DNA of 64,000 nucleotides. Origin: Mustelus asterias (Eukaryota). The translations under genes were made by a program, and so were the position numbers. The notes under the pieces are model-generated. The model was not told the DNA's origin. It did not search any database and saw nothing but the letters and a program-made list of their open reading frames with translations. Positions 38,357-51,701 of the stretch are shown in pieces. How positions within the stretch are numbered: position 1 is the stretch's first letter; each line of letters begins with the position of its first letter. The stretch spans positions 20,336,001 to 20,400,000 of the forward strand of contig NC_135827.1 of NCBI RefSeq assembly GCF_964213995.1. Direction: 5' to 3'.

Positions 38357-38707
38357 GGGTGCTGGCCTAGTGGTATTATTGCTGGACTATTAATCCAGAA
38401 ACTCAGCTAATGTTCTGGGGACCCAGGTTTGAATCCCGTCACGGCAGATGGTGGAATTTGAATTCAATAAAAAATATGTGTACTGATGACCATGATGATG
38501 GAACCATTGTCAATTGTTGGAAAAACCCACCTGGTTCACTAATATCCTTTAGGGAAGGAGATCTTCTGTCTTTACCTGGGTCTGGCCTACGTGTGACTCC
38601 AGAGCCACAGCAATGTGCCTGACTCTCAGCTTCCCTCAGGCAACTAGGGATGGACAATAAATGCTGGCCAACCAGTGACACTCATGTCCCATGAATGAAT
38701 AAAAAAT
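38357..38707 (+). mobile_element. SINE family C
   Basis: Matches 12657-13025. Confidence 0.88.
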
Positions 38708-39097
38708 ACTAAAAGTAATGAAAGACCATTTCATGGGGAGAATTGAGTGAGTTTAGCAGCAACTGCATTGATTTTTATCCATGATTAAACTCTGGCGATT
38801 AGATTGATCTCTACCCATTTGCTAATATGCATAAAACATGATGTGGATTGAAGGAAACTTTTAATTTATTTTGACTTTTGTGTTGATTGTCCCTTTAAGG
38901 ACAATGGACCAGAAAATGGTCACCTGACTCGGGTGACCAATTGGAACTCAGAGTGGGTGATCGCACCAGAGGATGGAGCACTCTTGGGAAAAGGGACATG
39001 TCGGGAGCTACTGAACAATTCTTTTTAATAAATACCCTTTGAGTTCACTCTGAAAGTGCATTGTTACAACTTTGTTTTGTGGATTTCTATGGTGGAA

Positions 39098-41055
39098 TTT
39101 ACAAAAGCAATTTTGAGAGCAATGGGAGGACATGAGAAAGCTCTGGCTGATACATGTAGGGAAAAATCACAAGATATTCTATAAATATATCAATGGAAAG
39201 AGGATAATCAGGGAAAGAGACTAAGAGAAAGAGACCATTCGGGACCAAGGGGGCAATTTGTGGGTGGAGCCAGAGGACATTGGTAGAGTGTTGAACGAAT
39301 TCTTCACATCCATCTTCACCCAAGAGGATGATGATATGGAACTCAGGGAGAGAGACTGTGATGTTTTTGAGCAAGTCGACATAGGGAGTGACAAGATATT
39401 GGAGCTATTAGAGTTGTTGGCAGGCTTAAAAGTGGACAAATTTCCAGTTCTGGATAAATTATGCCCCAGGCTGCTGTGGCAGGCAAGGGAGGAGATTGCA
39501 GGGGCTCTGACACATTTTTAATTCCTCTCTGGCCATGGAGGACTGGACTAGAGGCAGCTGATGTGGTTCCGCTATCTAAGAGGGGTTGTAAAGATAAGCC
39601 AGGGAACTGCAGACCAGTGAGCTTCACATAAGTGGTAGGGAAACAATTGGAGAAAATTTTGAAGGAGAGAATCTACCTCCATTTAGAGAGGCAAGATTTG
39701 ATCAGGGATAATCAGCATGGCTTTGTCAGAGGGAGGTTATGCCTAACAAATTTGATTGAATTTTTTGAGGAGGTGACCAGGTGTGTAGACGGGATTAGTG
39801 CAGTTGATGTAGTTTGTATAGATTTCAGCAAAGCCTTTGACAAGTTTCCACATGGGAAACCTATAAAGAACGCAAATGCACATGGGATACAGGGTAACTT
39901 GATTAGGTGGATTCAAAATTGGCTTAGTTGTCGGAGAAAGAGAATGATGACAGAAGGCTGCTTTAGTGACTAGAAACCAGTGTCCAGTGGTGTACCACAG
40001 TGATCTGTACTAGGTCCCTTATTATTCATAATTTATATAAATGACTTTCAACCTCACCGTTAACAACCCAGCCAATTTTTCTGTCATCTGCAAACTTACT
40101 AATCCTACCCCCCACATAGCAAATTTGCAGATGATAAAAAAATTGGTCAGGTGGTACAACAGTGAAGCAGAGTATCATCGCCTACAGGAAGATATCGATG
40201 AAATGGTCAAATAGGCAGTTTATCAGCAGATGGAATTTAACCCTGGAAAGCGTGAGCAGGTACACTTTGTAAGGAGTAATTTGACAAGGAAGTATTCAGT
40301 CAATGGCATGACACTAGGAAGTTCTGAGGAACAAAGGCACCTTGGTGTGTTTGTCCATCGATCTCTGAAGGTGGAAGGGCATGTTAGTGGGGTGGTGAAA
40401 AAGGCAAATGGAATACATGCCTTTATCAATCGAGGCATAGATTACAAAAGCAGGGAGGTCATGCTGGAGTTGCATAGAACTTTGGTGAGGCCATAACTGG
40501 AGTACTGTATAATCGGAGTAATGTGGTTGCCACATTATAGGAAGGATGTGATTGCCCTGGATAGGGTGCAGAGAAGATTCACCAGAATTCTGCCTGGGAT
40601 GGAATATTTAAGTTATGAAAAGAGGTTCGATAGGCTTGGGTTGTTTTCATGAGAGCAGAGAAGGTTGAGGGGCGACCTGATCGAGGTGTACATGATTATG
40701 AGGGATATGGACAGAATGGATAAGGAGCAGCTGTTCCCTTTAATTGAAGGATCAGTCACGAAGGGGATGTAGGTTCAAGGTGAGGGGGCAGGAGGTTTAG
40801 AGGGGATGTGAGGAAAAACCATTTTACCCAGAGGGTGGTGACAGTCTGGAATGCGCTGCCAGAGAGGGTAGTAGAGGCGGGTTCCCTATAATCTTTTTAA
40901 AAGTACCTGGATGATCACTTGGCACGTCATAAGATTCAGAGCTATGGGCCAAGTGCTGCTAAATTGGATTAGGTAGGTGGGTCAGGTGTTTTTCACGTAT
41001 TGGTGCAGATTCCCTGGGCTGATGGGACCTCTTCTGCACAGTGTGATTCTGTGAT
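39098..41055 (+). mobile_element. Degraded CR1 ORF2 (RT) through 3' end
   Basis: LNEFFTSIFT...QHGFVRGRLCLTNLIEFF...DFSKAFDK...MEFNPGK...; ctgtgattctgtgat-type tail. Confidence 0.92.
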
Positions 41056-41279
41056 CATGGACCACTTGCACCATTGTGCCGCTGCTGAAACTTTGAGTAG
41101 GTGAAATCTCAGGAAGCAGAAGACCGCACCAATTTAACATGCAAGCTGCAGCATAATGAACTGATGTATGTTCATCACAGACTGTGATCCCTATGCCCAT
41201 TTTAAGGAACTTAGGCAATTCAATTCACTGTATAGGAACTGACCCAATTCCAGCAATAAGTTAAATGTTAAAGGTAACG

Positions 41280-41533
41280 ATTATTTATTAGTCACAAGTA
41301 AGGCTTACATTAACACTGCAATGAAGTTACTGTGAAATTCCCCTGGTCGTCACACTCTGGAGCCTGCACCTAACCAGCACGTCTTCCAGACTGTGGAAGG
41401 AAACCAGAGTACCCGGAGGAAACCCACGCAGACACGGAGAGAACGTGCAGACTCCACACGGACAGTGACCCGAGTCGGGAATCAAACCCGGGTCCCTGGC
41501 GCTGTGAGGCAGCAGTGCTAACCACCGTGCCAC
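41280..41533 (-). mobile_element. V-SINE family B (internal deletion)
   Basis: ttatttattagtcacaagt...gcagtgctaaccaccgtgcc. Confidence 0.88.
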
Positions 41534-41704
41534 TGGGTGGAAAACTGAACACGAACCTTTGCAGCACTCTACCTGATTTTTTAATTCACAGCACCGAGAG
41601 GATTGTGTTTTCGGGACACAAGAAAAATCTCACTTGAAAGGACCTCAATTGTTTTCTCAGCTGTTTCCCAGAGCTTAACCTTCTCCGTTTTCTTCTCACA
41701 CACT

Positions 41705-41821
41705 GGGCGGCCTCGCTCGTCCCGAAACCGTAAAATCCCGCCCAAGGTCAACGGACCTTCTCATGGTGCGCCCCCTCGCCCGCTCCATTCCCCTGGCGGG
41801 TGGGACGGTAAAATTCCGACC
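41705..41821. mobile_element. Short Harbinger-like MITE
   Basis: gggcggcctcgctcgtcccgaaaccgtaaaatcccgccc...ggtaaaattccgac; reverse-complement relative at 45857-45983. Confidence 0.7.
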
Positions 41822-42472
41822 ACCATCTGCTTTCCATTTTCTCTGATCGCTGTGGATTTTTTTTTTCACTTTCGTTTCTTCCCAGTCTGGAGTTGCCATC
41901 TGTCTGGTTTTGATGACGGTCTGTTATTTGAATTGGCTAGCTCAAAGTCTGCTGCATGTAAACCAGACACCGGCTCTCTGATTCTTCAATAAAATCGCTT
42001 TTCCGACTCTTACCGTTGTAAGAGGCTTGAATTATTCAGTGTTTTGTTTATATTATTAATTTTTAGCAGCAGGAAACCAAACTTCAGAGAGTAGATTTTT
42101 TTGATCAGCTACTGGAGAATGATTGGAAAACTGGCTGAGCAGACTTTAGACTTTCATCAATTACTTTGCACATAATTTTTCCATATATCTTTATTGTTGT
42201 GTCTGGGTCCAATTGCATGTTGGTAATCTCATTAAGATCACAACACGAATGGAATAAATGGTGCAGTTTTCCTGCCTTTGCATCAGGATTGTGCCTTTAG
42301 CTTTCAAAGCTAATTTTGAATGGTACAAAGGGGAAGGTTTGGTGATGGGCCTGGGGTGGTGGGGGAAACCATGTGTGTTAGAGCTCCGATAGGGAAGATA
42401 ACTTTATAAAGTTTATTTCTGTTTGCAATACCTAGCGTACCTGTTTGGCATCATTTGTATTGATCAGATTTT

Positions 42473-42650
42473 GGAGGGCATTTTCCAGCCCTTATTGCCA
42501 GCGGGATCGTCCAGCCCTTCCAGAGATTACCTCTCCCCCCAACCTTCCCCCACATCAGAACTGTAAGATCCTACTGGCGGCCGATGGCGAGCCACCTCCA
42601 TCGCCAGTGAACATGCCACAGGGGGAGGACGGGGACAGAAAATCCCATCC
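42473..42650. mobile_element. Short Harbinger-like MITE
   Basis: ggagggcattttcc...agaaaatcccatcc; related to 57974-58184. Confidence 0.55.
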
Positions 42651-43216
42651 TCTGTCAATAGGCCTGCAATAATTATTAAGAATATTATTATTTTTGGATG
42701 GACAATTTTTATGTATTATTATTTTATTTATTATTTATATATTAATTAAATTTGTTTGTATATGTTGCTGGAAAAAAGAGTCAGTTGTTGCGCACTAATT
42801 CACAAGGAATGGGGAAATAAGTGAAGCATTTACAAGACCTCAGAACAACAGGAACAGATGAAAACATCTCTCCCAGCCTTCACTCACTTGGTAGTTGGAA
42901 GAATCACGAGACATCCAGCTCTGAGTTGCAGAGTTTATTTAGGGACAAGCAACTCTGTTCAGTTCTTCTTGGTTCTCCCATCAAACTGCTAAGTATCATT
43001 GCCCAAATATAAAGCGCGTGATCGATAATTTTGAAAGCTGATTGTGGATCTGCTTTGTTCCAGCAGTTTCTCACCGGCATTGGAGATAAACAATGACATG
43101 AAAACCAGAACACTTGAAACTAACGCTTGAGGTGAACTCTCTGGCCTCAACCGGTGATTGCCCTTTGAACCATGCCATATGAAGGGTTATCTTCTAAACC
43201 TGTGCCATGTTCAATA

Positions 43217-43345
43217 GATGTGCTGGTTAGGTGCATTGACTGTGCTAAATTCTCCCTCAGTGTACCTGAACACTGGCGCCAGTGTGTGACAACTAGAGGA
43301 TTTTCACAGTAACTTCATTGCAGTGTTAATATAAGCCTACTTGTG
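43217..43345 (+). mobile_element. V-SINE family B 3' half
   Basis: gatgtgctggttaggtgcatt...gtaacttcattgcagtgttaat...gcctacttgtg, followed by acactaataaataaactt. Confidence 0.88.
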
Positions 43346-43494
43346 ACACTAATAAATAAACTTAAAAAACAGTAGTAGGGAACCTTGTGCCTCATGCATG
43401 CACACTTGCAAATTACAAGTTCAATGTTTCGATACTTATTGGTATTGGGCACGTTTTAGATGATGCTACCACAGGCACAGATAATTACTGCCAG

Positions 43495-43671
43495 NNNNNN
43501 NNNNNNNNNNNNNNNNNNNNNNNNNNNNNNNNNNNNNNNNNNNNNNNNNNNNNNNNNNNNNNNNNNNNNNNNNNNNNNNNNNNNNNNNNNNNNNNNNNNN
43601 NNNNNNNNNNNNNNNNNNNNNNNNNNNNNNNNNNNNNNNNNNNNNNNNNNNNNNNNNNNNNNNNNNNNNNN
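43495..43671. other. Assembly gap (177 N)
   Basis: Run of n. Confidence 1.
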
Positions 43672-44063
43672 NTTTTTTTTCAATTTGTTTTATTCATTCA
43701 TTGGATGTGAGCATCGCTGGATGGGCCAGCATCTTTTGCCCATTCCTAATTGCCCTGCTGGGCCATTTTCAGATGGCATTTAAGAGTCAACCACATGGCT
43801 GTGGATCTGGAGTCACACGTAAGCCAGACTGGGTAAAGATGGCAGGTTTCCTTCCTTGAAGGACATTCGTGAACCAAATGGGTTTTTAGGACAACTGACA
43901 ATAGCTTTGTGGTCATCCTTAGGCTTTTAATTCCAGATTTTTACTCAATTCAAATTTCACCATCGGCAGTGGTGGGATTTGAAGCCGGGGTCCCCCAGAA
44001 CATTACCCTGAGTTTCTGGATTACTAGTCCAGTGATGATACCAGTACACCACTGCCTCTCCAC
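43672..44063 (-). mobile_element. SINE family C
   Basis: ttttattcattc...ggccagcat...gagtcaaccac...ctggattactagtccag. Confidence 0.82.
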
Positions 44064-44249
44064 ACTGTGTTAATCACTGCACTTACTTCAAGCATAAAAT
44101 TATCTCCAAATTTTCCACTATGCTTTTTTATTCTCAAACCTGTCAGTAGATTCTGGGATTGGTAAAATAGGCCTATGAGGACTTCAAACATTACAGAAAA
44201 TGTAGAGGTTTCAAAAGGCTAAACGTTAAATGCCAGCGAATCGTATGAA

Positions 44250-44770
44250 TTAGAGCATAGATGGAGACCATTCAGCCCATCATATCTGCTCCACAGTTAG
44301 CTGCTCTTAAGGATCTATCTACTGCATCTAATTTTCCTGCCTTCTATCATTTTCTGTTGTTCTTTTAAAATTACTAATCCATTCAAAGGAAACGATATTC
44401 CAACTTTTGCCGAAATGGCCACTTGCATCAAAGAATTCATTATTCTAATAACCATTTGTGATAAATTTCTTCTTGTTGCCTTTTTTATCTAACGTTCCTT
44501 CAGGATCGATGCTACTCCAACCTGATTATCACTTTTCCAGCTGTTGGAAGCAATCTTTCACAATTTTCCCTCTCAGAACCTTTCAGAAATTTGAAAATCT
44601 CCATCACAGACTTGCTTAATCTTTTCCATTTCAGTGAAAGAAGTGTTTTTTTTCCCCCTCATAACTATAACTTCTCATTTCTGCTCTAACGGTGCTGCAT
44701 TTTTAGCTGTCCCCTTTCTATATCTTTAATATCCATCCTATAATGGGGTCACTCAATGTTAATCAATAAT
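44250..44770 (-). mobile_element. Very old CR1 3' fragment
   Basis: ccattcagcccatc..., gaattcat...accatttgtg..., ccctctcagaacctttcag-like landmarks. Confidence 0.5.
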
Positions 44771-45572
44771 TGCAGCGTTAGTCGAGGCAGACATTTCTAG
44801 CTCCTGCTGTCCTACTTTTTGACCTAATTTCCAGGTTCCTTCGCTCCCTTTCCAGCTATTGTGTTTTGCGTACCTATTCTCACCCTTCTGACCACAATCA
44901 ATTGAATTTCAATGGTATTCCAAACTCCAAGCATCAGCATCAATGGTGCATTTGTGCCTCACATATCTAACTTCAACAGTCTGGTATTCTTCAGTGGGAG
45001 CTATCTGCATCTTCCTTTCTTCATGATTAAAATCTTTCATTCATGAAGGAACCCACAAAAAAAGTCACCAAAGACAAGCTTGATGTAAGCGATGGTAACG
45101 TGGAAAAGATATCATCGAACTTCAGTTTGTGAAATAAAGTCGGCACTGATTGAACTGAAGCCAAGAGGCTAAGTATAACATGTCTCTTGTGTCTTCTCAG
45201 TTACATACGTTTTTGGTTGGAGGATCACTTTGCACTAGTCAGACAATGTTGTGTCTGTTTTTCTGATTGTCAGGGTGCTTAGTGTTATTCGAGGAGAGCA
45301 GCTCCAATTTCACGACACAACTCTTAGGGAAGTTCAATTTTTTTTTTAAATCAGGTCTCCTTTCTTGAATTCCCTTTGGGTCTTCTTAAGGTTGATTTTA
45401 GGCTTCTCAAATGTTGTAACTCCAATGTTTAAGTTTTGTCTGAATTGACGCACGGCACACATTATCCACAAATAAACTTTGCAAGGTGGCTCAGTTGAAA
45501 AATCCAGTGTGTTGTACTGAGCCAGTCAAACAAAGATGCCATATCAACCATGGCTGAGTTGTTTGCTCTCTT

Positions 45573-46150
45573 GTGGGTTCAAGTCTCAATCCAGAGACCC
45601 ACGCACTTAATCTAGGCTCACATGCTAGCGCTGTACCAACAGAACAATGGGCTGTGGGAGATGTTGCCTTTCGGATAAAATATTAAACTGTGGTCCTTTC
45701 TGCCCTTCAGGTGGATGCAAGAGATCCCACGATTGGAGAAGAGTAGGAGGTTTGAGAAAAATAGGGGTCTTGCAGAAGAGTAGGGGGTTCACTTTGGTCT
45801 CCTAGCCAAAATGTATCCCTCAGCTAACATCAGTAAAATCAGATTATCCAGTCATTCGCCAGAATTCTACTGCTCCGCCCGCCATGGGAATCGAAGCGGG
45901 CGAGGGGTGGAAAGTGGGAAAGTCCGTTGACCTCGGGCAGTAATTTCCTGTCTCGGGTGAAGCGAGGCCATAAAACCACACCCATTATCTCAGTGCTGTC
46001 TGTGGGATCTTGCTGCACACAATTGAGCTGCCTGCAATTGTTTCCTAAATTACAAGAGTCATTACTCTTCCAGAAGTACTTTATTGGCAGCAACACAATT
46101 CGCACACCCTGAAGTTGTGAAATGCACTATGTAAAGGCAAGTTTCTTTTT
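45573..46150 (+). mobile_element. Deu-domain SINE (SacSINE1/AmnSINE1-like)
   Basis: gtgggttcaagtc B-box; gcctttcggat...ttaaac...caggtggatgcaagagatccc...tatccctca...gtgggatcttgctg...gtgaaa..actat..aa.gcaagtttctttt. Confidence 0.75.
45857..45983. mobile_element. Short Harbinger-like MITE inside the Deu-SINE
   Basis: Interrupts gtcatt|atc; att duplicated at 45854-45856 and 45984-45986. Confidence 0.75.
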
Positions 46151-46502
46151 TTTCGCTTTGTTAGTTAAGCTTAACCTGATCATTGCTTTTATCATCCCAG
46201 GAGTCAGGAGGATAACAATTAGTCAAAGCCCTGATTCCTGATCATTAGCCATTGACCCTGTGTTGACAGGTACAACATTGAGTGACAAGAAGATTCAGCA
46301 TGGCTGCAATTTAATTAATTGTAAAATGTCTGCCTTGCTGTCACACATGGAGGGTGGCAACTTAGCTAGGGCAGCTAGCATCCATGGTAACATATCCCAG
46401 AATGAGACTGGACCTCCCGGAGAGAGGGTGAGAGAATTCTATCAGCACGGATCAGTGAAGGGAAAAATTAAGTGTCCGTCACCTGGGGTCACTTGAACAT
46501 TT

Positions 46503-47110
46503 GGTGGCACGGTGGCACCCAAGTGGTTAGCACTGCTGCTTCACAGCGCCTGGGACCTGGGTTCAATTCCCACCTTGGGTCATTGTTTGTGCGGAGTCTG
46601 CATGTTCTCCCCGTGTCTGTGTGGTTTCTTCTGGGTGCTTCAGTTTCCTCACGTAGTCCAAAAGATGTGCAGGTTAGGTGCATTGGCCATGCTAAATTCT
46701 CCCTCAGTGTATCTGAACAGGCGCTGGGGTGTGGTGACTAGGGGATTTAAAAAAGATTCATTCATGGGCATGGATGTCGTTGGCTGGCCAGCATTTATTG
46801 CCCATCCCTAGTTGCCCTTGGAGGGCAGTTAAGAGTCAGCCACATTGCTGTGGCTCTGGAATCACATGCAGGCCAAACCAGATAAGGACAGCAGATTTCC
46901 TTCGCTAAAGGACATTAGTGAACCAGATGGGTTTTTCTGACAATCGACAATGGTTTCATGGTAATCAATAGATTCTTAATTACAGATATTTTTTATTGAA
47001 TTCAAATTCCACCATCTGCCGAGGATTTGAACTCGGGCTGAACCCAGGATTTTCACAGTAACTTCATTGCTATGTTAACATAAGCCTACTTTGAATAATA
47101 AATAAACTTT
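46503..47110 (+). mobile_element. V-SINE family B with nested family C SINE (46749-47046, minus)
   Basis: Host tail ggggattttcacag is split; ggattt present at both junctions. Confidence 0.85.
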
Positions 47111-47364
47111 ATTTAATCCCGGTTAGAGGTTGAAGTGTCCCAATGGAGGGCTTGTATACAGTACAGCCTCTATAATTCAGGAGGTGAATCGTACTGAGAC
47201 CCGGGCAGGGGGGGTGATGGAGAGAAGTTTTTGCATGGTAGTATTGTTCTCCAAACAAATAAATGAATTGGGTTTTGGAATACAGAGTAAAATTTCAAAT
47301 TTTTCCAATGACCCCAAACAGTGAAATGTAGTAAACTGCAACAAGGCATAGATAGGCAAGCAAA

Positions 47365-47517
47365 AAACACCCTAGCTATGACTGTAACACTACACTCTGC
47401 AACCTCTCTCCTTTCCTTCTCTATGAACGTAATGCTTTGTCTATACAGCACGCAAGAAACAATACTTTCCATTGTATATTAATACATGTGATAATAATAA
47501 ATCAAATCAAATCAAAA
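47365..47517 (+). mobile_element. Rex/Babar LINE 3' end
   Basis: Reverse complement of 9231-9390; (ATCAA)n tail. Confidence 0.8.
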
Positions 47518-47622
47518 TAGTCAGGCATGGAACCGAATGTAGCAATTGGAATTTGCTGGAGAGTGGCGTGAAGAAATGCGTTTTGACAGGAGGGATTAGG
47601 GAGAGCAAAATATAGATTTAAT

Positions 47623-48021
47623 GGCCTGGATTTTCACTGAAGTGGGCTGATTCAGGAGCCTTTTTAAAATGGTGGGCTCTGGGCTGTCAGGAATGCCTTT
47701 AAAGGGTGCTTCCTGCCTCCCATTGTGGCGATAAGTATCTCCTACTGCTCCAGAATGGGGCCAGGCTTTTAGGGAGTCCTACTTCACAGCCCCTTCATGG
47801 TTTTGTGAACCTTAATGCTTAATAAGGGACTTATTAAAAAGGTAAGTTCAACGGTCACTGTTGCTATCTCCACACTCCTTCTCGGATCAGCTGGCTCAAC
47901 TCCAGCTCGCACTCGGTCCCCGGCAATGAAGGTCCCGCCTTTCCGAGCACTTTGTGCCCGGTGGGCTAAGCTAGGATCTTTCCCAATTTCCCCTCCCTAT
48001 ATGGATGATGAAAATCCAAGT
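47623..48021. mobile_element. Old Harbinger-like MITE
   Basis: ggcctggattttca ... tgaaaatccaag inverted ends. Confidence 0.45.
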
Positions 48022-48029
48022 TAATGCAC

Positions 48030-49895
48030 ACTTCCAAAAGAGTGGGCAAGGACAGAGGGTCCTGAGAGTTCGTGTGCACTCATCTGTAAAGACCGCAGCA
48101 CATACTGAGAGCATAGTTAGCACAGCAAGTGGGACCTTCAGATTCATAAATACAAGTATTGAGTATTAAGACAGAGAAGTTATACTGAACCTTTATAAAG
48201 TTCTGATTAGGTCACAACTGGAGAATAATGTCCAGTTCTAGTCACTACAGTTTAGGGAGGATCTGAAGATCCTTCAAATATTGTAAAGGAGAATTACCAG
48301 CATGATTCTGGGGTTGAGAAATTTTTAAGATTAGATTGGAAAACTGGGCTAATTCTCCTCAGAACAAAAAGGGTTGAGGGGAGGATCACGAGAGGTCCAC
48401 AAGGTCATGATAGGTGGAGTAAAGGTTGACAAAGAAAAGATGCTCCATTAGTTGACGATACAAAGACTAGGGGGGACGATTCTCCCATCCCGCTGCTTTT
48501 GTAGCACAGTGGGCCGGGAGACTCCAGCGGAGGCTGTTTCGTGAGCTCTCCACTCGGTGCCACGGCCTCCATGAACCTCTGCCAGCCGGATTTCCGGTGC
48601 CGTCAACTTCGTGCTAGAAATCGGAGCAGAGCTGCTTCATTTATTTAAATTGGCATCTCCAGACAATTTTAATATCATTTGCCTCTACCCTACCACCCCC
48701 CCGCCCCCCAAGCCAGGGGTATTTCACTCCAGAGGGGTTTAGTATATCTCCCCGCCGGTGGGGTGGTCCAACATCGCTGGATTGAAGGGGAGGGGGCCAT
48801 CAAGGCCCAACAGAGTGTGGGGTGCCGGGGGAAGGGGGAGGTGCCATCTGGCATTGCCACCCTGGCAGTGCCAGCCTTGGCTCCCTGGCACTGCCCAAGA
48901 GGCAAAGTGCAAATGGCCAGTGGGCATTTTGGCACCGCCCATCGAACATTGGGCAGTACCAAGGAGGTGGGGCCTGTTGGGGTGTGGGGCCTCTGGGGGG
49001 TGATCGCTGGGGGCAGAGGGTCGACTGTAACTCTGCATTTGAGCTGAGTGACAGAGGGAGGGAGGCCAGCGATTGGGGCTGGCCATCGAGGTAGGGGAGC
49101 GTGCTTGGGGGAGGGGAGCCGAGGCTGCAGGGGTGTGTCGGGGCTGCTGGTGGGGAGGAGGGCCGGGGAGATAGGGGGATTGGGTAATTGGGAGATTGGG
49201 GCTGCGGGTTAGGGGGAAACATCAAGACGGGTGGGGGGGGGTGTGTCGAAGCTGGGCCTGGGCATGTTCGGGCGGCCAGCAATTGGGCTGTGGGTGGGGC
49301 GAGGGTGTGTTGCATGGCCAGCGATGTAGGGGCCGTGGGGCTGGCCAGCAATCGGGAGGCCAGCAGACAGGGGCCACTGCGCATGCACTGATCTTGGCAC
49401 TTCTGACAGAGTGGCGCATGCGCAGTGGCCCGCTCAGTGCTATGCTGCCAGCCTCTCCAGCGCTGTGATTTTTGGACTGATTCCCCCTCGTGCACTCTGC
49501 AGTGCATAGAGTGTGAGAGATTCATTTTGAAACTCCCGCTGAAAAAAACAGCGTGATTTCTTCCAGTTTTTACACAAATTTGACACTTAGAATTTATTTG
49601 GGAGAATTGCCCCCTAGGAGACAAAGATTGATGGTTTTGGGTCAGAAATGCAATGGAAATGTCAACGTAAGAATCTGTGAGGAAGAACTTTTTTCACTTT
49701 GCGTGATCATCACCTAAAATTCATTGCCAATGAGGATGGGAGAAGCAGAGATGACCAATGAGTTCAAAAGGAAATTCGATGAGTACTTGGGGGAAATGGG
49801 CTATCAGGGTGATTGGGTATGGCAGGGAATGGATGAGATTGCTCTTTAGAGGGCAGGCGTGGACAGGATGGGTCAAATTGCCTCCTTCTGTATCA
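48030..49895 (+). mobile_element. Degraded CR1 3' portion split by a MITE
   Basis: ggtcacaactggag...ccagttctagtcac...gactag | taggagac...aactttttcac...gggtcaaattgcctccttctgt. Confidence 0.75.
48471..49614. mobile_element. Complete GC-rich non-autonomous Harbinger-like element
   Basis: TIRs ggggg(a)cgattctccca / tgggagaattgccccc; tag duplicated at 48468-48470 and 49615-49617. Confidence 0.85.
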
Positions 49896-50577
49896 TAGTG
49901 TCTCTACAGGTGGTACTTAATGGCTTACCAATAAACTCAGGCATAAGTGAGTGGAGGGTCATGGGATGGGAAGAGGTCATCAGCAAGGGAATGGGGATGG
50001 CTCTCAATAGGCCCTTCCTTCCTAATGTTGTACCCATCAATCACGCACTGAGTGCCTTTGAATGGGGCACCCTCCTGGAATCCTGCAAACAATACTGACG
50101 GGGCTATTTTTCAAGCTTCCCACATGTCAAACACCTCCACCCAACATTGGATAAATACCAGTGGCAGTGAGATGAGGCGTTAATCGCCCACTTAAGGGTT
50201 GGTGGTGGGGTTGGAAGGTTATCCATAGGCCTTCCTATCCTCTGGACCCTCCCCCCAGGTTAATTGTCACCAAAATCACCAGAGGGAGGGGAATACAATT
50301 CTACCCTCGAAAATCTTGTTTCACAGTTTCAAAGCAAAGAAATCTCATTAGAATTCAAACTAGTTGTGAGACTCTAGCCAGTAGAAATTCACATAAAGCA
50401 AACCACCTAGAGCATATCCTTCACATGTTTGGTGTTAAGGTGACACTTTAGTTATTGAATGTATCCAACTCTTATCCATCACGACTCAAAAAAAGCATTA
50501 TAACTATAGATCATGTTGGGTTTTGAGTTTCTGTGGGAGATCAACTGCTCATTATGTAATTCCATTTCGGAAATACA

Positions 50578-51701
50578 GGGGGCGATTCTCCCAAAGGTGC
50601 TGAATTGGTGGGAAAACTGTTCTAGATCACGACTGTTTTTTCAGTGCAACTTCAGACCTGAATCTCCGCACTCTGTGCAATGCAGAGGTCACAATCGTGA
50701 ATATCATTAAAAACCCAGGGCGCGGGGCCTATTCACGCTGGAGTCTGACAGTTCTGGAACTCTGCGCATGCGCAGTGGCCCCAATCTGGCAGTTGCCCTG
50801 TTTGCTGGCCAGCTCGGTCCCTGGCCAGCCCGGGACCACCGCAGTGCTGCCCCTCCAACAACCCCACCAACAGCCTGATCGCGGCCCCCACAACAATTCC
50901 CAGGCCAGCCCTGACACCCCCCACCCCCCGCCCTGGAGGGCCCCGATGTCCACCCAACCCCATTCAGCAGTGGCGATCCCCCTCACCCCGGCAGACCCTC
51001 CCCCCGCTGACACTTCCAGGGGTCAGCCCCCCCCCGCCCCCCCCAGAAGGCAGGCCCCCCCAGGCAGACCACCCCCCGCCCCCCCAGCCCACCCCCATCG
51101 CTGGCCTCCCTCCAGCCCAGACCGATCCCAATGCAGAATGGCAGCGGGACCCCCCAACCCCACCAATCAACCCTTGGCCCCGCCCATGATAGGTCCCACC
51201 CCTTTGGCACTGCCCGGTGCCCAGTGGGCAGTGCCAAGGTGCCCCCTGGACATGGGCACTTTGCCCCTTGGGCTGTGCCAGGGAGCACAGCCTGGCACTG
51301 CCAGGGTGCCCATGTCCAGGGGGCATCACCCCGCACCACCCGACCCCCTGGGGGGGCCCAATTGCCCCCCCTTCACTCCGGTGGGATCTCCCGCTAGTTC
51401 CCCAAACATGGGGAGCTAGTCTGAACCCTGCCGGAATGAAGTACTCCTGGCGGGATGGGAGATGCTATCGGGCCCGACAATCGCATTTAAAATACATTAA
51501 AAATATATGTAAAACATATTTAAATGACTTACCTCACTTCCTACTGGACATCTGTGCATTCCCGCCGGCGCCATTTTCTTCTGGTTGGGAGATGCGCGCG
51601 GGTCACAAAAGCTTGCAGGGAACCCGCAAAATGGCCGACATGCACATCTCCCGACTCGACCCGCCAGAAAAGTTGCGGGTCCCAGTGGGAGAATCGAGCC
51701 C
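50578..51701. mobile_element. Complete GC-rich non-autonomous Harbinger-like element
   Basis: TIRs gggggcgattctccca / tgggagaatcgagccc; flanks aca/ata; interior related to 23263-24164. Confidence 0.85.

Noticed and set aside
38842-39102. Possible solo LTR (tgt...aca with aataaa); similar impression at 63510-64000
   Set aside because: No TSD, PBS or second copy visible, so it cannot be supported
43387-43783. ORFs spanning X residues
   Set aside because: Artefact of the N gap
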